Shown piece after piece: positions 7,309-13,617 of a stretch of DNA of 33,234 nucleotides. Below the pieces are notes generated by a model. That model saw nothing but the letters and a program-made list of their open reading frames with translations. It did not search any database and was not told the DNA's origin. Within the stretch, counting starts at the first letter, position 1. Every line of letters begins with the position of its first letter. The stretch lies in IMG/VR virus record IMGVR_UViG_3300042923_000752, positions 1-33,234 of that record; one strand, given 5' to 3'. Made by a program: the position numbers and the translations under genes. This stretch comes from a virus (lineage: Duplodnaviria > Caudoviricetes).

Positions 7309-8763
7309 ATGCAGCCACTAGCGTACATTCGAGTAAGTACAGACGAGCAAGTTGAAGGGAACTCGTTGGAGGAACAGGAAGAGCGTCTTCGAGCTTACTG
7401 TATCACTTATGGCCTAGAAGAACCGGTATTTTACGTCGATGACGGTCGTAGTGCAAAAGACATGCGCCGCCCAGGTTTAACTAGTTTGCTTGAGGAAGCT
7501 AAAAAGGGGAAGGGCCGGATCGTCATCATCACAAAGATTGACCGCATATGCCGGAAGCTCCTTGATCTACTCAATCTCATTGAATATTTAGAAAAATATG
7601 AGTGCGAATTCGCTTCGGCTAGTGAAAAGTTTGATACGACAACACCGGCTGGTAGGATTACCCTTCAGGTACTTGGCGCCGTCGCTGAGTTTGAACGTGC
7701 GCGCGTCGCTGAGCGAGTCAAAGAAAATATGCTATCGCTTGCGAAAAAAGGCGAGAAAGTTATTACAAGGCCGTGCTATGGGTACGATGTTATAGACGGG
7801 ACTATGTTAATCAATTTCGAGGAAGCGCTTATTGTTCGTCAAATGGCAGAATGGGCCGTCAATGGGGAAGGCGGCCGGGGAATAGCGAAACGCTTGAATG
7901 AAATGGGTCTGAAAACAAAGGACGGCAACCAATGGCATGAGAAGATTGTGCGCGAACTTTTGAAACGCGAAACGCTAATTGGTAATTTTGTTTATAATAA
8001 AACTTATCGTAAAGGAACTCGAATTATCACCAGACCAGAAAGCGAATGGATTCGAATCGAGGAGCATCATGACGCTATTTTAGAAACAGAGACTTTCGAA
8101 ATAATTCAGCAGCAGTTTGAAGGGCGCAAAACCATTGGTCGCCACATCCGGAACGACACTTATCTGTTATCTGGATTGGTTCGTTGCGGTCATTGCGGAG
8201 CTTCAATGAACGGAAAAACACAAAAAAGCCGATCTAAGCGGAGTGATCAGCAAGACCCCTTTCATAAATATGCATGTGATGGGTACTTAAAAAAAGGGAA
8301 TTGCTTCTACCATCACGTCGACCGAGATGAACTAGAACGCCTGGTTATTAAGCGAATTACTGAGCTTGCATATGCGGCTCCTGGATCAATCCAAATTGTG
8401 CTAGCCAAACCGAAAGTCCCATCACTTGAAAAGGAATCGATTGTCGCAAAAATTGAACGTCTTGACAGGAGGATGCAAAAACAAATCGAAGCATACACAG
8501 ACGGGTTAATCACAGCGGATGCATTGAAAAGAGCTACTGAACAAGTCGAGGAAGACCGTAGGAGGCTTTCTGATACGTTGAAACAGTTAGGGGAAGGGGA
8601 TCAGTCTTCAGAACAGAAAAAGGTGCAGGAGACAGCTAAGAAGATACTAGGGGATGTGTTGTCGATTGATCGTATTAAAGCCAAGAATGCTATCCGGCAA
8701 GTTGTTCAATCTATCCGGATACAGAACAGCGAAATTGTGGAGCTTGCTTGGTTTTCAAACTGA
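7309..8763 (+). CDS. Large serine recombinase (phage integrase)
   Basis: YIRVST catalytic Ser, RPGL, KIDRICR, recombinase domain (PCYGY), Zn ribbon YLLSGLVRCGHCG...C...C, coiled coil; RBS AAGGAGGG. Confidence 0.97.
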   Translation: MQPLAYIRVSTDEQVEGNSLEEQEERLRAYCITYGLEEPVFYVDDGRSAKDMRRPGLTSLLEEAKKGKGRIVIITKIDRICRKLLDLLNLIEYLEKYECEFASASEKFDTTTPAGRITLQVLGAVAEFERARVAERVKENMLSLAKKGEKVITRPCYGYDVIDGTMLINFEEALIVRQMAEWAVNGEGGRGIAKRLNEMGLKTKDGNQWHEKIVRELLKRETLIGNFVYNKTYRKGTRIITRPESEWIRIEEHHDAILETETFEIIQQQFEGRKTIGRHIRNDTYLLSGLVRCGHCGASMNGKTQKSRSKRSDQQDPFHKYACDGYLKKGNCFYHHVDRDELERLVIKRITELAYAAPGSIQIVLAKPKVPSLEKESIVAKIERLDRRMQKQIEAYTDGLITADALKRATEQVEEDRRRLSDTLKQLGEGDQSSEQKKVQETAKKILGDVLSIDRIKAKNAIRQVVQSIRIQNSEIVELAWFSN

Positions 8764-8812
8764 TCTCTACTGAGATGTTCGGGAGACCGACTATCCCACA
8801 AGAGAGCCCCAT
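8752..8812. other. Predicted attP, with crossover near 8775-8780 at the end of the ychF homology
   Basis: Immediately after the integrase stop; the minus-strand YchF match stops abruptly after codon 12 (AAC, 8779-8777). Boundaries approximate. Confidence 0.7.
8777..8812 (-). pseudogene. ychF: Replacement 5' fragment of ychF (Obg-family ATPase), codons 1-12
   Basis: ATG GGG CTC TCT TGT GGG ATA GTC GGT CTC CCG AAC = MGLSCGIVGLPN; YchF N-termini read MxxxxGIVGLPNVGKST. RBS GAGGGGTG lies 8 nt upstream. Confidence 0.85.
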
Positions 8813-8853
8813 AATATAAACACCCCTCAATAATCTTGGCTTAATTCCATACA

Positions 8854-8882
8854 ATTATATATTAGCAACCTGTTATTCACAA
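8854..8882 (-). promoter_or_regulatory. sigmaA promoter driving the ychF fragment
   Basis: TTGTGA(8882-8877)-17-TATAAT(8859-8854). Confidence 0.75.
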
Positions 8883-8891
8883 CATACCCCG

Positions 8892-8940
8892 AAAATAAAG
8901 AAGCAGCTCGGGCGTTGAATAACGGAGCTGCTTACTTTTT
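8892..8940. terminator. Bidirectional Rho-independent terminator
   Basis: AAGCAGCTC(8901-8909)/GAGCTGCTT(8925-8933) with U-rich tails in both directions. Confidence 0.75.
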
Positions 8941-8960
8941 GCGATATTTAGAAAGGTGCT

Positions 8961-9368
8961 TTAGTTGCGGAACCCAAACATTCTACGCATACCTGTCGCT
9001 CTAGATCGCCTCCGAGCTTCTTTATGTATAAAGTCCTCAAATCGATTGAAGCTCGGATTTTCCCAAAATAAAAGTAAAATCGTATATCCGGGATCTAATA
9101 CCCACGGCTTTGCATGCTTTGTTTCAGGCTCACCTAATAATTCAATTAGAAACGGAACTATGCTTGCGTTAGGATCGGGACCAATATCGACAATCGATAT
9201 TATGAGGTGATTTTCTTGGTACGTAAAAAGGTAACTGACCCCATCGTCATCAATAAATTGCGACCTCCCTCCTCCGTTCCGTACGGAATCGATCGCAGTT
9301 CTGATCTTTACCTTAGTGCTCTTCGGTACACGACGAATCTTTGCTCGAACTGCAATTGTCTCCTCCAA
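8961..9368 (-). CDS. Hypothetical protein, predicted SOS-regulated
   Basis: 135 aa; TTG start with RBS AGGAG; own promoter, LexA box and terminator. Confidence 0.75.
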   Translation of the reverse strand: MEETIAVRAKIRRVPKSTKVKIRTAIDSVRNGGGRSQFIDDDGVSYLFTYQENHLIISIVDIGPDPNASIVPFLIELLGEPETKHAKPWVLDPGYTILLLFWENPSFNRFEDFIHKEARRRSRATGMRRMFGFRN

Positions 9369-9393
9369 CTAAATCATCTCCTAAAATATAATA

Positions 9394-9437
9394 GGAACAA
9401 TTGTTCCCATTATACATAGGGCTACTTAATTTTTCAA
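9394..9437 (-). promoter_or_regulatory. sigmaA promoter with LexA box at the transcription start
   Basis: TTGAAA(9437-9432)-17-TATAAT(9414-9409); perfect palindrome GGAACAATTGTTCC (GAAC-N4-GTTC) at 9394-9407. Confidence 0.75.
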
Positions 9438-9493
9438 CATGCATAAATAATGCGCATTTTTTATTGACATGCATAATTTATGCGTGTTATAAT
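9437..9493 (+). promoter_or_regulatory. hicAB promoter with two repeated palindromic operators
   Basis: TTGACA(9464-9469)-18-TATAAT(9488-9493) with TG extension; ACATGCATAAATAATGCG (9437-9454) and ACATGCATAATTTATGCG (9467-9484), 30 bp apart. Confidence 0.75.
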
Positions 9494-9517
9494 AAGATTA
9501 AGAAAGGAGGACAACGA

Positions 9518-9706
9518 TTGAAGAGTTACTCGTCTAGGGAACTAATCAAAATGGCTGAGTCAAAAGGTTGGTACTTTACACAAGCGGAAGGCAGTCATCA
9601 TCATTTCAGACATCCAACCTACAAACACAAACTCACAATCCCTCACCCTAGAAAAGACTTCAAGCCAAAAACATTAAGAAACATTCTAAAGGACATGGGG
9701 CCGTAA
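9518..9706 (+). CDS. hicA: HicA-family toxin (mRNA interferase)
   Basis: 62 aa from TTG 9518 behind AAAGGAGG; SSRELIK...GW...GSHHHFRHP...TIPHPRKD...TLRNILK. Confidence 0.93.
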   Translation: MKSYSSRELIKMAESKGWYFTQAEGSHHHFRHPTYKHKLTIPHPRKDFKPKTLRNILKDMGP

Positions 9707-9735
9707 GGCTCCTGTCCGAAAGGAGAGAATATAGA

Positions 9736-10152
9736 TTGGATAAATACGTGTTTCCAGCTTTGTTTGAATCAGAGGAAGGAGTACCAGGGTATACCGTATC
9801 ATTTCCTGATTTGCCCGGTTGTCATACAGAAGGCGATACGTTGGAAGAAGCGTTGACCATGGCACGTGAAGCGCTGGGGCTGCATTTGTACGGAATGGAG
9901 GAGGATGGAGACGAAATCCCCGTTGCTTCTGCTCCAGGAAAGCTACCACCGGTAGAGGAAGGCTTTTACACACTGATCGAGGTTAGAACGGGACCGGTCC
10001 GCGATAAGCAACTTAATAAGTCCGTGACCAAAAACGTCACGCTGCCGCGTTGGTTGGAGCTCGAAGCGACTAAGGCGGAATTGAATTTTTCACAAGTTTT
10101 GCAGCATGCGTTAAAGCAAGAACTTCGTATATTCGATAAGAATGCCAAATAA
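9736..10152 (+). CDS. hicB: HicB-family antitoxin
   Basis: YVFPALF...YTVSFPDLPGCHTEGDTLEEALTMAREAL...C-terminal RHH KNVTLPRWL...NFSQVLQ. Confidence 0.95.
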   Translation: MDKYVFPALFESEEGVPGYTVSFPDLPGCHTEGDTLEEALTMAREALGLHLYGMEEDGDEIPVASAPGKLPPVEEGFYTLIEVRTGPVRDKQLNKSVTKNVTLPRWLELEATKAELNFSQVLQHALKQELRIFDKNAK

Positions 10153-10167
10153 TGCACTAAAACACAC

Positions 10168-10207
10168 ACCCCCGCCAGCCGAAACCTGCGGGGGATTTTT
10201 CTCTTTT
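10168..10207 (+). terminator. Terminator after hicB
   Basis: CCCCCGC...GCGGGGG stem followed by ATTTTTCTCTTTT. Confidence 0.7.
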
Positions 10208-10293
10208 CCACTTATCGCCAAATGCATAATTCTGTTGTAATATATTTAGAACACTATTACATATATTTTGGTGTTTTTTGGGAGGGGATTTAC

Positions 10294-11139
10294 TTGGGAG
10301 TTGATAAGTGGAAAGTAATGAGTGCATGTACTAAATGGGTGTTCAAAGCGCTTTCGATGCCAGAAAAACTAAACAAGTCAGTTTTTGATAGATTTTTTAC
10401 ACAAACCGATGATTCCTTACCAGTTACAAAGTGGTTTGGTATGAATTATATGCACATATTGTCCGACAATTTAAAATTTGGATCATTCCCATATGTTCCT
10501 AGCATGAAGTATCCGCCGATTGTAAAGGCATTCGTGGTGCCTTACGATGAACAACAGGATTTAAGTCACTATCCATCACTATCAGACTTAGGGTTCCAAA
10601 CAGTATTAGGGACTGAATGTGTGTATACCCTTGTAAGCAATAAACCACAACACCCGATAGGAGTTGGTCTGCATTGCGTCTTTCTTCCTGATTTAAGGGA
10701 CTTGGAAAGATTAATTATGGTTGATGAGAAAATATCTGATTTTTCATTGGAGGCATTTCGAACTCTTCCGCTTATAGAGCAACTTGAACAAGAATTGACC
10801 GAGGCTAGGGCGTGCAAAGATAATAATCTTGCCATTGCAACAGTGGCCACTCTTTCAATAGCTATTGAAACTGCATGTAAAGTAGTTCTTGAACAGAGAA
10901 ATATTACATACCAACGCGTACGAGATGGATTGAACGATTTATTAAACCACTTAGTTCGTAATGGGTTCCTATCCGAGAAAGATAGGCAGGCTTGTCTCGC
11001 TTTAAAAGGGCTCAGAAATGCTGTTGATCACGGACATTCCGGTATTTTAACGATACAAAACGCCGAACTTTTCTTTTCGTCAGGATCAGGATTAATACAA
11101 ACAATACTACAAAGTGCCATACATGATGGAACCACCTAA
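10294..11139 (+). CDS. Accessory protein with C-terminal HEPN/DUF4145-like domain
   Basis: ELTEARAC...ATVATLSIAIETACK...L..L...G.L...LKGLRNAVDHG (Rx4H). AT-rich. Start moved from 10222 to TTG 10294 behind GGAGGGG. Confidence 0.7.
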   Translation: MGVDKWKVMSACTKWVFKALSMPEKLNKSVFDRFFTQTDDSLPVTKWFGMNYMHILSDNLKFGSFPYVPSMKYPPIVKAFVVPYDEQQDLSHYPSLSDLGFQTVLGTECVYTLVSNKPQHPIGVGLHCVFLPDLRDLERLIMVDEKISDFSLEAFRTLPLIEQLEQELTEARACKDNNLAIATVATLSIAIETACKVVLEQRNITYQRVRDGLNDLLNHLVRNGFLSEKDRQACLALKGLRNAVDHGHSGILTIQNAELFFSSGSGLIQTILQSAIHDGTT

Positions 11140-11271
11140 TTTTTTTTCCCATTTTCGTAACAACAGAAGCTCGGGGGATTCTTCGTCTAAGTTGTATTCA
11201 TTTACGCATGAATCCAATACACGCAAGAAAGTTACAAGATCCTCTCGATTAACTTCAAATTTTTCGTCCAT
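11107..11271 (-). CDS. Small acidic hypothetical protein (54 aa)
   Basis: Manual translation MDEKFEVNREDLVTFLRVLDSCVNEYNLDEESPELLLLRKWEKKLGGSIMYGTL; RBS AAGGGGG; overlaps the HEPN gene 3' end by 33 nt. Confidence 0.55.
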   Translation of the reverse strand: MDEKFEVNREDLVTFLRVLDSCVNEYNLDEESPELLLLRKWEKKLGGSIMYGTL

Positions 11272-11360
11272 GAAGTGTCGCCCCCTTACTGTAAATTATG
11301 TCTTATCATTGATATATTGACCCATTATATCCATAGTATTCAGTAACAATAACCCTATGA

Positions 11361-11402
11361 GAGTAAAGCCTCAAATCAGTATATTAGTTGGAGGCTTTAC
11401 TC
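11361..11402. terminator. 12-bp perfect inverted repeat, probable end of the late/lysis transcript
   Basis: GAGTAAAGCCTC / GAGGCTTTACTC with 18-nt loop, about 85 nt past the endolysin stop; weak U-tail. Confidence 0.5.
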
Positions 11403-11486
11403 GGTACGAGATCACATACGAATCATATATCTCATTTTACAGCATTAATAACGTTTTTGCTTGGATTGTCCTGAGTGTCAGAAATT

Positions 11487-12236
11487 TCATAAGTTGACGC
11501 CCTGCTGTCTGGCATAAATGATCGTATTCAGCCATACCAGCTCCGTCTGCGTCAACTCGCCTTTATACGCCTTCTGTGCCCAGCCGTAGTCACCGAACAG
11601 TCCTTTGTGGTACAGACCGTCAAGCGAATCACCAAGCATCTGCCACTGCCATTGTTCCAGTTTCATCATATCGTCGTCCTCCCTAATCGCCCGGTTAATA
11701 CTCTTCTTAAACTCTTTCCACGCCTCCGGATAGTCGACGTATGGAGCCGGACAGTTCTTACCAGTTACATCATAATGCCGGATCACGTCCTGCAACGGAT
11801 CTAGTGCATAGCGTTTACACAGCTCTGCGACGATCTCAACCGTGCGCCGGACCGTCTCCGGATGAAATGAACCATCTGGCTCGATGCACATTTCTATTCC
11901 GATGCTGTCCGGGTTAGCCTGACTCGCATGATACGCCAGCTCGTCCAATGGGATAATAAGCACAGCATCACCAGGATCCACAAATAGTTGAGCTGAAGCA
12001 TAACGGACTTCCTTAAGCTTCTTTTTCTTTTGCTCCTCGGGCAACCTTTCCGCTTCCGCAATGATTTTCCGGTTCGCCGTCGGTAACGTCTTGCCAAAGT
12101 AAATAACATGGTTTGCAGCCGAAGCCCCACGGTTACCGGTATAGTGGATAACGATTTTACGGACAATCCGGAGAGGAGTACCCGGCCGTGTGAAAGGGTT
12201 GACTGGAATCAGTTCTTCGCGCCACAAAGTTGTCAT
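11487..12236 (-). CDS. Endolysin, N-acetylmuramoyl-L-alanine amidase (Amidase_2)
   Basis: IVIHYT, AYHA, SIGIEMC, VIRHYDVTGKNCP motifs; C-terminal helical domain. Confidence 0.92.
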   Translation of the reverse strand: MTTLWREELIPVNPFTRPGTPLRIVRKIVIHYTGNRGASAANHVIYFGKTLPTANRKIIAEAERLPEEQKKKKLKEVRYASAQLFVDPGDAVLIIPLDELAYHASQANPDSIGIEMCIEPDGSFHPETVRRTVEIVAELCKRYALDPLQDVIRHYDVTGKNCPAPYVDYPEAWKEFKKSINRAIREDDDMMKLEQWQWQMLGDSLDGLYHKGLFGDYGWAQKAYKGELTQTELVWLNTIIYARQQGVNL

Positions 12237-12550
12237 CCCTTATCACCGCCCGGCGGATTAATTGATTTAATTTGCATCTGTGCAGCAGCCGCCGCGACTA
12301 GAAACGCATTTGCGAACGCAAGGAAATAGATTCGCCAATCCCCCATAGGCGAACCCGTCGCAAACTGAGCAGCCAGTAGCACGAGCCAAGCGATCAGCAC
12401 GGCATAAACGTCCGTAGGGATGCCCCATCGAGCCGTTAAACGATCAACGAGCACCTTTGTGTACTGCACGATGTAGAACGTCAATAAAGAAGCCCCGCCG
12501 ATTGTCAGCAGGGCCGCCCATGTGAATAGTTGTTGTCCTTCTTGCATCAT
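12233..12550 (-). CDS. Holin-like membrane protein
   Basis: Three hydrophobic segments; immediately upstream of endolysin; tandem ATG ATG behind AAAGGTG. Confidence 0.75.
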   Translation of the reverse strand: MMQEGQQLFTWAALLTIGGASLLTFYIVQYTKVLVDRLTARWGIPTDVYAVLIAWLVLLAAQFATGSPMGDWRIYFLAFANAFLVAAAAAQMQIKSINPPGGDKG

Positions 12551-12551
12551 G

Positions 12552-12782
12552 TCACGCACCTTTCGTCTTCAGTACCATCGCTATAACGGCCAAAATTACG
12601 CTTCCTATAATCGTTGTAGACGCCCAATACACGATCTTCTCCAAGCGGTCTAATCTGTGATGTGCTGCTTTCGTGGACTGTAGCGCCTCCTGTGCGATAT
12701 CACGAGCGGACACCATATAGTCAATTTTCGTTTCGACACGCGCTAGTCGTTCTAATATCTGCTGCTGGGTTTCTTCCTGCAA
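12552..12782 (-). CDS. XhlA-family (hemolysin-like) lysis protein
   Basis: ERLARVETKID...STKAAHHRLDRLEK plus C-terminal TM segment. Confidence 0.85.
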   Translation of the reverse strand: MQEETQQQILERLARVETKIDYMVSARDIAQEALQSTKAAHHRLDRLEKIVYWASTTIIGSVILAVIAMVLKTKGA

Positions 12783-12827
12783 TGGTGACCGCCCCTTTCA
12801 ACCCGCCTACACGGGAAATAAAATACA

Positions 12828-13043
12828 CTATTCCTCTTGCTCCGATTGCTCTTTTACCTGCACCGCTTGTTCGATACTGGAGACCGTCTCCCCCATCCAC
12901 ATGTCCAATTGGTTTAAAATCTCCAATTGCTTGTTTGGGTGGGCTGTGACGATAGCAAGGATACAGCCTTTTATTTCTTCAATAGGGTTGTCCAGGTCAA
13001 CGAGGAGTTCAAGTTTATGTGACACTCTTGGCACAAGATTCAC
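12828..13043 (-). CDS. Hypothetical phage protein
   Basis: 71 aa; RBS AAGAAGGA; lies between moron and lysis genes. Confidence 0.6.
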   Translation of the reverse strand: MNLVPRVSHKLELLVDLDNPIEEIKGCILAIVTAHPNKQLEILNQLDMWMGETVSSIEQAVQVKEQSEQEE

Positions 13044-13056
13044 GTCCTTCTTCGGG

Positions 13057-13087
13057 AATAAAAAAAGCGCACTCGTGAGGAGTACGC
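13057..13087 (-). terminator. Terminator of the moron gene
   Basis: GCGTACTC-CTCAC-GAGTGCGC followed by TTTTTTTATT on - strand. Confidence 0.8.
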
Positions 13088-13106
13088 CTGTCGATACTGT
13101 CTTAAA

Positions 13107-13553
13107 TTATTTTTTTAAGCTCTCTTGAAACTTTCTTTCTTCTTCGAGCAATCTTTGTTTTTCTGCCTCAGCAGCAGCTTCTTCTTCCTTTATTTTATCT
13201 ATATTCTCTTCTTTCTCCTTTTCAAGCTTTTCATACAGTTCTTTTTTTTCGTCGGCTTCCTTTTTTAATTTTTCTAATACATCCATATTCACAACACCTT
13301 CTTTCGCCTTTAAAACCACTTGCGAATCAATGAACCCGACATCGTATCCAAACAATTCGCCAGCAACTCTAACGGGCACATAGCTTGTTCCGTCGATTAC
13401 AATAACATCTTTATCCGCTTTTTGTCCGTTTATCAGGAGAGGAAACGAACCCTCAACCGCCCTCCCAACTAGAGACTTAACATCCTCTGCATATGCCGTA
13501 ATTGAGATGGAGAGAACTACGCCAATGATTGCGCCTACTAAATACTTTTTCAT
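13107..13553 (-). CDS. Secreted stalk-domain (copper amine oxidase N-terminal-like) protein; moron
   Basis: Signal peptide MKKYLVGAIIGVVLSISITAYA; INGQ...VIDGTSYVPVRVAGELFGYDV motif; charged C-terminal helix; own promoter and terminator. Confidence 0.85.
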   Translation of the reverse strand: MKKYLVGAIIGVVLSISITAYAEDVKSLVGRAVEGSFPLLINGQKADKDVIVIDGTSYVPVRVAGELFGYDVGFIDSQVVLKAKEGVVNMDVLEKLKKEADEKKELYEKLEKEKEENIDKIKEEEAAAEAEKQRLLEEERKFQESLKK

Positions 13554-13561
13554 AACATATT

Positions 13562-13617
13562 ACCCCTTCCACTCTATAATATGGCTCCATTATATGACAG
13601 GGGGAAGGGGTTGTAAA
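13562..13617 (-). promoter_or_regulatory. Moron sigmaA promoter embedded in an RBS-sequestering inverted repeat
   Basis: TTTACA(13617-13612)-17-TATAAT(13594-13589); 9-bp arms at 13562-13570 and 13603-13611. Confidence 0.7.

Noticed and set aside
5384-8763. Arbitrium or Rap-Phr communication system
   Set aside because: No TPR receptor or small signal-peptide propeptide gene near the switch; regulation is ImmR/ImmA type.
7309-8812. skin-like element interrupting a sporulation gene such as sigK
   Set aside because: The att-adjacent fragment matches ychF and supplies a replacement start, so the target is predicted to be restored rather than split.
8961-9368. YolD-like SOS protein
   Set aside because: Position and SOS box fit, but the typical MLPEH motif is absent.
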